Of a stretch of 64,000 nt of DNA, positions 1 through 10,496 are shown in pieces. The notes under the pieces are model-generated. The model was given only the letters and a program-made list of their open reading frames with translations. It had not been told where the DNA came from and did no database searches. Position numbers and translations under genes: made by a program. The stretch comes from Macrostomum lignano (lineage: Eukaryota): NCBI GenBank assembly GCA_002269645.1, contig NIVC01002367.1, positions 115,947 through 179,946 on the forward strand, written 5' to 3'. How positions within the stretch are numbered: position 1 is the first letter of the stretch; every line of letters begins with the position of its first letter.

Positions 1-100
1 ATGGTGGCTCTTTACTGTTTGGCATGTTAGCTCTTTAATGTTCGACATTTGGTTTTTTTATGTTTGACATGGTGGCTCTTTTATGTTTGACATGGTGGCT
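1..100. repeat. Degenerate ~23-bp minisatellite (atggtggctcttttatgtttgac-like)
   Basis: About four imperfect copies at the window start. Confidence 0.6.
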
Positions 101-622
101 CAAGTTAGCAATGTCGCGACTTTCCTAGTCATTTCTTTAGTTCACCTTCAGTTGTCTCTGTTTACTCTGTTTTCTCTCTTCTCTGTCCAGCTCAATCTTG
201 TTATTCTTATCTCTCTCTCTCCCTTGCTGCCTTCTGATTGGTTCTCCATTCTCGCCTCTCTATTTAGTCGCGCACTCCACCCCTCTCTTTATTATTTGCA
301 ATTCAAACCCCCTAAGTTAATGTCTGGTATAAATATACTTGTTTGGGCCCTGCGCCCACTTACTGGCTTATCTTAGATTCAATTTAACTCCAAAATAACT
401 ACATGGCGCCCAATGTAAAATAATTTAGTCATTATAAGTCAATTCAGTTAGGCTGGCAAAGGCCATGCCATCGTCGTAGCCCTCCACCAGTCTCCTCGTC
501 TCATCGTTCGTCGACTGCGCCCTCCCATCTCGTCAACTGTCGGCCGGAGCAGTCTCATCCCATCTCATCTCGTCTCGACTGTCTGCCGGTGCTCCTTCAT
601 CTACATGTAGTCGTCGCTCAGC

Positions 623-950
623 GTCTGCCGGGGGTGCGTCCTGCGGTGTCCTCGGTCTCTCTCGGTTTCAAATTCTCGGCCGGGGCGCCTCAGGGCTCGC
701 CTGCCGGATCGTCTCGACTCTCTTCGCTCATCGTCTGCCGGGGGTGCGTCCTGCGGTGTCCTCGGTCTCTCTCGGTTTCAAATTCTCGGCCGGGGCGCCT
801 CAGGGCTCGCCTGCCGGATCGTCTCGACTCTCTTCGCTCATCGTCTGCCGGGGGTGCGTCCTGCGGTGTCCTCGGTCTCTCTCGGTTTCAAATTCTCGGC
901 CGTGGCGCTTCAGGGCTCGCCTGCCGGATCGTCTCTTCGCTCATCGCCTG
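623..950. repeat. 110-bp tandem repeat, about 3 copies, inside the TRIM internal region
   Basis: gtctgccgggggtgcgtcc recurs at 623, 733 and 843. Confidence 0.9.
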
Positions 951-1270
951 CCGGATCGCCTCGTTAATTCGTCATTTAATTTTTTCTTTCACAATGTAAA
1001 AAAATTATATTAATTTTTTAGGGGGGAGGGTAAATGTAGTCAGTTTTCTTTTGGTTGTAATAATTTATTCATTAAAATCGCACACGTGAAATTTCTTGTT
1101 CAAATTTGCATTCACTCTAGTCTCCACAGGTTTTGTATTGAAATTCTTAGTCGTATTTGTGCACCATTGTTAAATTTGCTTTTAAAGTTGTTTTTTGAAC
1201 TCTAATTCATAATTCTATTGGTACTCGAAAATTCAAAAAATTCAAAAAATGTTCCATTTTTTGGGGGGAG

Positions 1271-1618
1271 TGTCGCGACTTTCCTAGTCATTTCTTAGTT
1301 CACCTTCAATTGTCTCTGTTTACTCCGTTTTCTCTCTCTCTGTCTAGCTCAATCTTGTTATTCTTATCTCTCTCTCCCTTGCTGCGTTCTGATTGGCTCT
1401 CCGTTCTCGCCTCTTTCCTCAGTCGCGCACTCCACCCCCTCTCTTTATTATTCTGGGCTCAACCCCCCAAAGTTAAATGTTCTATAAATATATCGGTTTG
1501 GGCCCTGCGCCCACTTACTGCTCTTCCTGCTCTTCCTGCTCTTCCTGCTCCTCCTGCTCCTTCAATTTAACTCCAATTAAATAGTCTTTAGTTTAGTATT
1601 TTTTCTACATGTTCTACA
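1271..1618 (+). mobile_element. Divergent internal LTR copy (LTR-B) with its own PPT
   Basis: Starts TGTCGCGAC after ggggggag. Clearly diverged from the flanking LTRs, has a (gctcttcct)n expansion and ends in ctaca. Confidence 0.75.
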
Positions 1619-2957
1619 GTCGTAAATGTCGCGACTTTCCTAGTCATTTCTTTAGTTCACCTTCAGTTGTCTCTGTTTACTCTGTTTTCTCTCTTCTCTG
1701 TCCAGCTCAATCTTGTTATTCTTATCTCTCTCTCTCCCTTGCTGCGTTCTGATTGGCTCTCCATTCTCGCCTCTCTATTTAGTCGCGCACTCCACCCCTC
1801 TCTTTATTATCTGCAATTCAAACCCCCTAAGTTAATGTCTGGTATAAATATACTTGTTTGGTCCCTGCGCCCACTTACTGGCTTATCTTAGATTCAATTT
1901 AACTCCAAAATAACTACAAGCAAAAGCTCAAGAAGTTAAAGCTTAGTCTATGGCCATAGACATATTATTATTTCTCGAGTGCTCACGGTGAGAAATATTT
2001 ATTTATTTTTAGCTCATAGCATCCAAGCTACAATAAGTTGAAGTTTAGTCTATGGCCATAGACATATTGAGCTCTCACTGCAAGAAAAATACACTAATTA
2101 GATAGGGAGAATACAGTTTTTGAATATTTAATCACCTTAGCAATGAGCTAGAGCTCATTAAAATAGCCTAAAGCCATCCTCGGAAAATTTGCACTTTTCC
2201 CATATAACTCTAGGCATACTATATAAATTGTTTCTTGATAGCCCGTCCTTAAATTTAATTATGAATGTAGATTATAGAATATTTACTAACAAAACAAATG
2301 TCAAAATGGGTATATACCTTGTATATACATACAGAAACAAATGCTGGCCAAACTAGCTAATTTAGCCATTGTAAATTGTAGTACACCATGGATAAATTTC
2401 AGAATGAAGTTTAGCAAAAAACGAAAAAGCCAAAAGCAAGAAAGGTAAGAGCAAAATAAAAGATAAAAGTGGCATTAAGAAATTAACATGATAAAGTACA
2501 ACAAAGTGAGAAGCAAAAATAGAAAATACATTATAAAAGAAGCAAACTAAGCAGCATACGAGATTTTGTAAGTTGCAAAAAGCAAACAAAGTCATAAAAT
2601 GAAGCTGCATTTTTATTAAAACTAAGTAAGATAGCCTGTGAATTGTTAGAGATTGCACATGTATGCTTGTATAGGTTTATGCTTAGGCCTATATATGCTT
2701 ACTAATATGCCTCATTTGATAAAATGATGCCATACTAAACAACACTACACTACACTACGCCAGTATAGCGTATGTCCAAACCGTTTTTGTGCAAGCATTT
2801 TCTATAAAGAAAGCCATCTTTTTGACTATGGAGTGGGATTATTGAATTATATGTACTTGATAAACAAATGATTATTGCACTTGATATGCAAAGAGTTTAT
2901 AGCCTCCATTCAGCTCGGAGCTAATCAAACATGAGTAAACTGCTACTATTGCTGATG

Positions 2958-3737
2958 TTAGCATTCCCTTCTCGGTCGGTCGGTGAGGTCAGAATTGACG
3001 GACTGGTCCATCGCGTGTGTTTCCTCAGTCTCCTCAGCCTGCTGGCTGCAGCTGCTCAGCCTATCCAGGCAGTCAGTCAGTCGGGCAAATTCGGCTAAAT
3101 CCGCATAGTATCGTCGGATAGTTTCGTCGTGCGCAGATCTCAGTTTGCGCACAACAACGTGCGCCTGCCTGCCCGACCCGTCAGCGTCGGCAATAGCAAA
3201 TCTGCCAGCAACGTCATTGACTTGTTGGGCAAAATTTTTAGCCTCAGTTTTTGCGCCAAACTGAACTTCGTAGGGCTCAGATTCCCCACTGCGCAGGTAG
3301 GCTACAACATTCTTCAGGCAGGGTTTATTGTCCGGCGGCTCGGCGATCCACGGCTGATTCCAGCGGAATTCCGGCTCGCCAACGCGGCAGGAATTGGCTG
3401 CCTCGAGCTGGCGCCAGCGCAGCTCTAAGAGTCTGCGGCAGGCCCGACTGTCGGTCTGAAAGCCGTTGAGCAGCACCCGCTCAGCTAGGTCACGAAGCAG
3501 ATTAGAATAGGCCAGCTGAAGATGCTGGCGCTCCTCAGTAGTAGTAGTAGTAGTAGTAGTAGTGTCGCGGCTGGCTGTGTCCGGCCGCGACACCTGCTGG
3601 CCTAGGGAATCGATTAGGCGATGAAATCGCTGCCAAAGCTCGTCGGATTGGACGGCGTGAAGGAAATCCACGAGTTCGATCAGATTCTCATTAGCGAATG
3701 AGCGCTGGCTAAGGTAGGGCCATTTGTCCTGGGACAT
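2958..3737 (-). CDS. Uncharacterised 259-aa single-exon protein
   Basis: ATG-started GC-rich ORF in AT-rich surroundings with protein-like composition. The C-terminal half (WNQP...VAYLRS...F...AKNFA...GSGRQAHVVVRK...Y) resembles, from memory, the C-terminal domain of uncharacterised 2OG-Fe(II)-dioxygenase-domain proteins. Confidence 0.7.
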   Translation of the reverse strand: MSQDKWPYLSQRSFANENLIELVDFLHAVQSDELWQRFHRLIDSLGQQVSRPDTASRDTTTTTTTTTEERQHLQLAYSNLLRDLAERVLLNGFQTDSRACRRLLELRWRQLEAANSCRVGEPEFRWNQPWIAEPPDNKPCLKNVVAYLRSGESEPYEVQFGAKTEAKNFAQQVNDVAGRFAIADADGSGRQAHVVVRKLRSAHDETIRRYYADLAEFARLTDCLDRLSSCSQQAEETEETHAMDQSVNSDLTDRPRREC

Positions 3738-3843
3738 TGTCAGGCGGAACTCGCCTCGGCGGTAACGGTTCTCCGCTGACTGCAGCAGATAATGACCATC
3801 CTTTCCTTATATGCCAAGTTGTTTTGTTTAATGTAGCAATTTT

Positions 3844-4037
3844 ACTGTGGTAAAGTAGCGCGTCTGAGAAAAAGTAGAATTAAGAAGGTGAGCGCTATCA
3901 TTTTTATGCGACATGTTTCGCCTCGCGTCAGGCATCGTCAGGCTCTTCAAATTAGTAACGATTTATTTGTTCATTAATATTTAACAATATTGTTAAATAT
4001 GATAGCGCTCAAAAAAAATGATAGCGCTCACCTTAAT
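3844..4037 (-). mobile_element. Penelope-like (PLE) remnant or pseudo-LTR with inverted tail
   Basis: Flanked by the 12-bp direct repeat tgtagcaatttt (3832-3843 and 4038-4049). Perfect 21-bp inverted repeat at 3885-3905 and 4014-4034. Contains a hammerhead-like motif. Confidence 0.55.
3910..3950 (-). ncRNA. Degenerate minimal type-I hammerhead ribozyme motif
   Basis: Minus strand reads tTGAAGA-GCCT-(16 nt)-AGGC-GAAACATGTC: core, 4-bp stem II and palindromic minimal helix III. C3 is replaced by U and stem I is not well formed. Confidence 0.5.
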
Positions 4038-4485
4038 TGTAGCAATTTTGTTTCCATAAGACACAAATGCAAAGACTGCATTTGTACAAATTCCGTATAT
4101 CACCAGAACCCTTATGTTTGAGATCTTGATAGGAGCTAACATAAGTCAGGTGCAAATCTCATTTACTCTGAGTGTAATAACACTATGATAGCCTCTTGAT
4201 TGATAAGCCAATGATTACTGTATTTGATAAGCTTAAGTTGATAAGTATTTGATAAGTTCGAATAAAGAATAAAGCATTTATAAAAATGCAATAGTTAAGT
4301 TTCAAAACAGAAAAGCAAATGAGTTGTTCAGATTCAAACCTCATTTACTCTTGATGTAGTAACACCAGGATAGCCCATCAGTTGATAAGCAAATTTAGGT
4401 TTTTACATTCAAGAAGAAAAATGTTAGTTAATAAAAATGAATTAGTAATTTTTAACTTTAACACTCTCAACAATTATTAAGGAGT

Positions 4486-7400
4486 ATGCCGCCGAAAGGA
4501 CCTGGAAGGAAGGCTAAGCGCGCTACCTACGGGCGTCCATTCGAGTCTAAAAAGAAGCCGCCAGCCGCCGCTATTGATTGCAAGACAGGCGAAACTGCTG
4601 CTGCTGCTGCTCTTGAGCCTGAATCAAGCACTCCTGCTGTCGCTTCTGTTGTATCGGAAGTTACGAATTTCGCAGTTGCTGCTGCTGCTTCTGGTGGTTC
4701 TGACAATGTAGTTACTGTTGAAGATGCGACTGTAGACTATGATTTGCGCAATGCTGCTGCTGCCTTGCAGGAGAGTGGATTGTGTGACGAAACTCGTGGT
4801 AAGCTTGTGTTGCTTCTTGCCATTGCCAACTTTCACAGACGAATAGGTTGTAACGGAACCTGAATAGTTGGATTCAGATGTCATGAAACTTGGATGATAA
4901 AGTTTAGAATGCTATTGCAATCTATATGCTTGAATTATAAGCCAATAACTTAGTATATTCACCCTAATGTGCTTCAGACTGCCCAATTCCTGTTGTCGTG
5001 TCTACTACGGATGAATTAACAGGACAACAAGCTGAATTGGACGAAGCTGCTGCTGCACTCAGAGAAGCAGGTTTTGGCCACACTGACGGTAAGTCCTGCC
5101 TTAGTTTAGTGTCTTTTTTTGGGTGGCATAGTTTTTTAAATCAAGACTTTGAAATTTAATGAATGCTGATATTGAATCTACAAGTGACACTACTGTTATT
5201 TAAGATTGGAATGTTTGGCCATATCTCGAATTTCTCAATAGAGACATTCCACAACTGTTAATTTGTATTTTGTCAATGTAGCATTGTATTTGATTTGACT
5301 GACGTTGTTTTTTCAGTCTAACTTCAAGACTTTTTAGAGAAAAGCGATTTTGAAAAGTCATGGTTCGAAGGAATATTCTTTCATCAATATTTAAAGCGCC
5401 ATTTTCGAACCAGTCTCGTTAGAGGATTTTTTTGCTGGTTGGGTGGGTTTTCATGGAAAATTAAGATTAATAGTTTCAGTTTTGGAAGTGGGGTTTTCAG
5501 TATTCAGTTAAGTCACTGCAGATATAAGTTGCTGAGGGTTGTAAAGCACTAGAACTATAGTGCTGTAAAGTCAGACCAAGGTAATCTGATCCAATTCTTG
5601 ATTACAAAAAGTACGTCTTTTAACTTCAAAGGTGTCGCGACTCTGGAAGATGACACGGAGGACCGAGGGAGTCTGGCGACGCTACAAGTTGGCCGTGCCC
5701 CACAATGGATGCCTTTGTCTGCCTGCTGGTTGAAGCGAATCCCAGGTGATGGAAACTGCTTCTTTTCGGCTCTGTCGGATCAATTGCAAGGCACAGCTTT
5801 GGAAATGAACGCAGATAATCTTCGACAAGCGCTGGCAATTCAGCTAGAGAATTGGATCGACAGCGCGGAGAACGACACTGGCATTTCCGAAGCAGAGTGG
5901 CGCGATTTGTTGGAAAAGACCAAACGAAAAGGCGAATATGTTTCTGACCACGTGGCTTCAGCAGCAGCTAGACTGCTTGGCATCGAGATCTATGTGTACC
6001 AGGACATGGACGCTGGTTCGAATCTCGACGGCATTTATCTAGGCCCAGTTGGTGTGGAACCGCGAGCGACAGTTCGATTGCATTTCAATCGGCAAGCTGA
6101 GCATTACCAGTCGGTACATGTGCGTCAATCGTCTCGTCTAGCCGCTGTGGATGATGGCGCAGCCAAGATGATGCCGCCGCCGCCGCCGCCGCCTCCTGCG
6201 ATTCCGATGCAGTGTTGCGCAGAAAGTGCAAGAATGGAAAGAAGTGAAATGTAACCGACGAGCATGCAAGAGGGTTCCAGGTGCGACTGATGTAGACAAC
6301 AAGTTTAGCATTAGAGTCGACGAGAATCGGTTCAATGTACTATGGAATGTCGACCTAGATGCGGAAGAGGAGGAGCCAAATCTCTCTGTGTGTAGCGGCG
6401 ATGATTCAACGAGCAAGGTTTCGTCGAGTGTTTCGCGGCGGAGTCGTCGAAATCGAAGTGTTCCCAGCTGTCCTACGCGACGTAGCAGTCGTTTAAGCGC
6501 GAAAGCGTGCAGCAGCAGCAATGCGTCTGTATTGTCGTCAGCAGAAACACCTGACAGTTTCGCTTCAAGTGTAGTTCGTCGCCGAAAGCGATTTGTCAAG
6601 CCTGGCAGTCCAACGCGTCGAAGCGAGCGATTACTAGCCAAGAAAAGGCGTATGGAAGAAGGTGACGACGCTTCTTCAGTTGGTGCATTGAATTTAAGCA
6701 GCATTGGAGCGGCTACTGAGTCGGACAAAGTGAGCTGCATTGCACGGGAGGAAGAATTCAAGTTGGCAAGTGTAGTTCTGGAAGAGAGCAATGATTATCA
6801 ACGACCGGCAAAGACTAAGTCTCAACAAAGAGGAGAACAAAATGGTCAAAGCAAGAGTCGAAGTTCACCAAGAAAAAAGGCCAGAAATCGGAGACAGGCC
6901 TAGCCAGGCGACTATTTCTGGCTATTGGAGCACGTGTGATGTTGACTCGGAATCTATCTGTGCAAAATGGCCTGGTGAATGGCTCGGTTGGTACGGTTCG
7001 TGGCATCTGCTATGCGAATAGAAAGAAGCCGCCAAAGGATTTGCCCGACTGCGTTTGGGTTGAATTCGAGCGCTACAATGGTCCGGCAATGCAAGCCATG
7101 CGGCTGACCAGAGGAGATGGTAGTAGCAGCAGCAGCAGGGAGTGTGCGTCATCAATTTCTGTTGTGCCAATTCTGCCAGTGTCGAGCCAGTGGCTTCAGC
7201 GAGGCGCCAGCTTGTCGAGACAGCAGTTTCCGCTGAGGCTAGCCTGGGCAATCACTATTCACAAGTCGCAAGGCCTAACGATTGACAAGGCGTTTGTACA
7301 GCTGGGTAAGGGCCGCAAGTCGCCGCCAGCAGGTCTGTACTACACTGCCGTGAGTAGAGTTCGTGCCTTGTCTGATCTGTTTGTTACCTGTTGCGATTTC

Positions 7401-7487
7401 GTTAGATTTCAGCGCCTATTTTCTACAGGTGGTATTCTGGCACAGGTAAATGAGCAGAAGCGTCTATTAGCTTTGTGCGAGAAATGA
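4486..7487 (+). CDS. Spliced OTU cysteine protease + C-terminal PIF1-helicase gene (Helentron-like), with two frame breaks
   Basis: Exons 4486-4798, 4978-5088 and 5632 onward have GT-AG introns, both phase 1. OTU motifs IPGDGNCFFSALS and HYQSV. PIF1 motifs GLARRLFLAIGARVMLTRNL, GLVNGSVG, QFPLRLAWAITIHKSQGLT and YTAVSRV. Frame changes near 6172-6225 and 6845-6897. Confidence 0.75.
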
Positions 7488-7764
7488 GCCAGCAGCAATT
7501 GGCGTTGTTGATATTATAGTAATGTAGTTATTAGTCACTCGGTATTGAGTGGGTGTTACGCGCAGCGAAAATCTAGCGTTGACGTTCTACACAGCAGACA
7601 TGGCAATATAGCGTTTATTTATATTACTACTAGAAAGTAGTCGCCTACCATGGAAGGTTAGATTTTTCTGCGCATAATCTTATGCCTATTGTCAACGCTA
7701 GTGCATGGTGGGCCAGGATTTTAGAAATTTATATAAGTCGTTGATAATGGAATTCCATTCCATT

Positions 7765-8640
7765 GCCTAGCCTCATTAAATTATGAGTGTCAAGGCGGTC
7801 TACTGTGCATGTGGTTGCTCTTGTTTAGCACAAATTCTCTTGCATTCTGCAGGCTGTGATAATTTCAGCATTATTCAGCAGACAGAATAGTGTGCTAAGC
7901 ATTCGCGCCTTAGAAGGTGGGCAATCGTGAGGTGAAAAGCTTTCCTAGCTGTGATAATATACTGTTCGGATAGATAGGTTTATGCACAGTAGACAATGCA
8001 GTACTGCGGTATATAGCTTAGGAAAGTTGAAATGTGTGCCAAATGATTAAATAATTGCCTCTGCTCATTAAGTATGGGCAGTATGGCGGTCTACTGTGCA
8101 CTTTGTTCGCCCTTGTGTGACACACCACTATTGCGTTTTGCCCACTGATAATGTGACACTATTCAAACGTTGTCCAGTTAACAAGATGCGTGTCACTCAT
8201 GCGCCTTAGAAGGTGGGCGTTCGAATTTCATAAAGTTTATATTAGAATTGCCGACGATAGTGCGCAGTAGGCAATGCAGTACTGCGGTGATACGACTCTC
8301 GACTCTTTGCCTAGACTCATTATGTATGAGTACTATAGCGGCTTGCTATGCACGTGGTTGCCTTCAGGTAGCACCTTATTGTGTGCTACTCGTTCGCCTT
8401 AGAAGGTGGGCAATCGATTAATGGTTTAATACCAGAACTTTAATGTCGGCCTTAGTTTGTGCATAGCAGGCACTGCAATATTGCGACGGCCTATGGCCTA
8501 GGTAGGAAACACATTGCCGTGGCTCATTAGAATGAGTTCATTGGCGGTCTGCTGTGTAGGTGGTTGCACTTGGGCAGCAGCACAGTATACTGTTTTATTC
8601 AGCATGCAGAAAAGTGTGCTGCCCATTCGCCTTAAGCGTG
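7765..8640. repeat. Degenerate tandem repeat, about 4 units of 200-290 bp
   Basis: tcatta...ggcggtctactgtgca recurs near 7774, 8066, 8318 and 8524. cgccttagaaggtgggc and gcaatgcagtactgcgg also recur. Confidence 0.7.
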
Positions 8641-8742
8641 CAATCGTTATTAATCTATTGGCGAATTGGCTGCGTGTAACATCGCCCGCAAAATGTGCAG
8701 TAAAGGTCCGTCAAAGTGTGAGCGGCATCGTTTGGCATTGCT

Positions 8743-9909
8743 TTGATATTGCTTAAAGAAATAATAGTTTGCCTACCAAACAAAAAGGCTATTTTACTTT
8801 TGAAATATTTAAGATTGATAAAATATCCTCTTCTACCGACTAGCTATTTTAGCATGATTTCGGCTCCATTATATCAGCTTCTGCGAAAGAAATCACAGCC
8901 AAAGAAATTCACTTGGACAGAAAAGTGTCAAGAGGCTTTTGATCGTCTGAAGAAATGTTTACAAGAAGACGTCGTGTTAGCTTTTCCGGACGTAAGAAAA
9001 GAATATAAACTAGTAACAGATGCATCAGATGTCGCATTGGGAGCAGTTTTGACGCAAAAGGATGATGAAGGAAGAGAGAGAGTTGTATCCTATTATTCCA
9101 AGACATTACAATCGGCAGAAACTCGGTATTCAGTCACCGAGAGGGAACTACTGGCAGTTGTTTCAGCAGTAAAATTCTTTCACAGGCTACTCTTTGGAGC
9201 TCGATTTACGGTGCAAGTCGATCACAAGCCGTTGCTGACGATAATAAAAGATAGAGGTATTATGGAAACAAACTCACGAGTAACGAGATCAGTTCTGTTT
9301 CTTTCTGAATACCAGATGAAGATAACCTACTGTCCTGGAAACTCGACGAAGCATGCAATTGCTGATTATTTAAGCCGACTTACACCAGCAGACGTAGACG
9401 AAATCAATTTAATACATCCTGTCCCATCGACACAGAAGATACAGCAAGAACAGAGGAAAGACTCCTCTCTGAGCAAATTGATCAAGGTGATGGAGGGTGG
9501 AGACTTACCGAATGGGAAATCGAAAGAGGATAGATTTATCAGGAAGAATATTCATCAGTACAGGATGGAAGGAGACATCGTATATTTGAAAAAACCTGTG
9601 AAGGACGAAAAATTCGACACAAATTATGAAGGCCCCTTTACCGTCAGAAAAGTAATAGGCGATTCCACAGTCGCAATTCAAAGACCGGAAAATGAACAGA
9701 ACGAGGAAGCTAGAACAGTAAACGCCAATAGGTTGAAGAGACTATTGTCAGGCCCACCAATAGCAGTTCCACCATTCTCTGAAGAAACCAATGGCAACAC
9801 AACACATGATGCGCATAAAATCAGATTGCACAAATCCAACGCCACGCAGACAGAAGTAACAGAGGAATCAGCTTGTAAGAGATTCACTTTGCGTCCACGC
9901 AAGAACTAG
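8743..9909 (+). pseudogene. pol: Ty3/Gypsy pol fragment (RT end, RNase H, integrase C-terminus; integrase core missing)
   Basis: Motifs FTWTEKCQEAFDRLK, LVTDASDVALGAVL, RYSVTERELLAVV, DHKPL, IADYLSR and KFDTNYEGPFTV...VNANRLK. No HHCC or DDE segment. Homology starts at about 8845. Confidence 0.9.
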
Positions 9910-9913
9910 AACC

Positions 9914-10288
9914 ATGAATATCCTGAACGACTTTGAGCGCCGAGCATGGATCTACCATAGGATCCACTTCTTTCAATGGTTCTCCCCCCTACTGCCGGGT
10001 TATAAGGAAAGAGTAATACCCATCTTGGAAGATATCCGAACGGAAGCACGTAGACTATACGAACCTGGAGTTTCTGAAGTAGAATTCAGAGAGCCGCCAC
10101 CGACACGGCCGATTGATGTATACAAGACGGAGCTCCGCAATCTCGCTGACGATATGTACGATGACGAATATCGCGAGGGACGCATTATTTGGGAGCTGAT
10201 AGTTATCTGCTGCACCAAACTACTTTCTCTCCTAAGAAACGAGGGTAATGCGAATACTACTGAAGAGGACAGCTCAGAGGACAACTGA
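9914..10288 (+). CDS. Additional 124-aa ORF downstream of Gypsy pol
   Basis: ATG four bases after the pol stop and upstream of the PPT. No obvious signal peptide or transmembrane helix. Confidence 0.6.
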   Translation: MNILNDFERRAWIYHRIHFFQWFSPLLPGYKERVIPILEDIRTEARRLYEPGVSEVEFREPPPTRPIDVYKTELRNLADDMYDDEYREGRIIWELIVICCTKLLSLLRNEGNANTTEEDSSEDN

Positions 10289-10496
10289 AGCTCAAGTTGA
10301 GTCGGACAACATAAATCGAAGATCGCAGATGGTTTTGAGGTGAGATTGAACGAGCTACATCGCTATATCCAGAATGATAAAAGCTTTACGAGATTAAAAT
10401 CATTCGCTCATACTTACAGCTATTTGCTTTCATACTAGTCTCAATGATTTCTTCATCTCCATATTTTACTAAATGCAAATGTGGGGACCACATTTT

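Larger units (their letters stand above)
112..1918 (+). mobile_element. Non-autonomous LTR retroelement (TRIM/LARD-like), 292-bp LTRs, 5-bp TSD AGCAA
   Basis: LTRs 112-403 and 1627-1918 run TGTCGCGAC...TAACTACA and differ at about 4 sites. AGCAA lies at 107-111 and 1919-1923. PBS TGGCGCCCAA at 404-413 is tRNA-Lys(CUU)-like. Purine tracts at 1020-1030 and 1263-1270. No gag/pol. Confidence 0.9.

Noticed and set aside
7540-7580. Helitron 3' end (small hairpins then CTAG)
   Set aside because: The stems are only 3-5 bp and CTAG is common, so the terminus cannot be supported.
7900-7930. HDV-like ribozyme (gcc-ttagaa-ggt-gggcaat)
   Set aside because: No P1/P2 pairing, and the L3 loop lacks the required pyrimidines.
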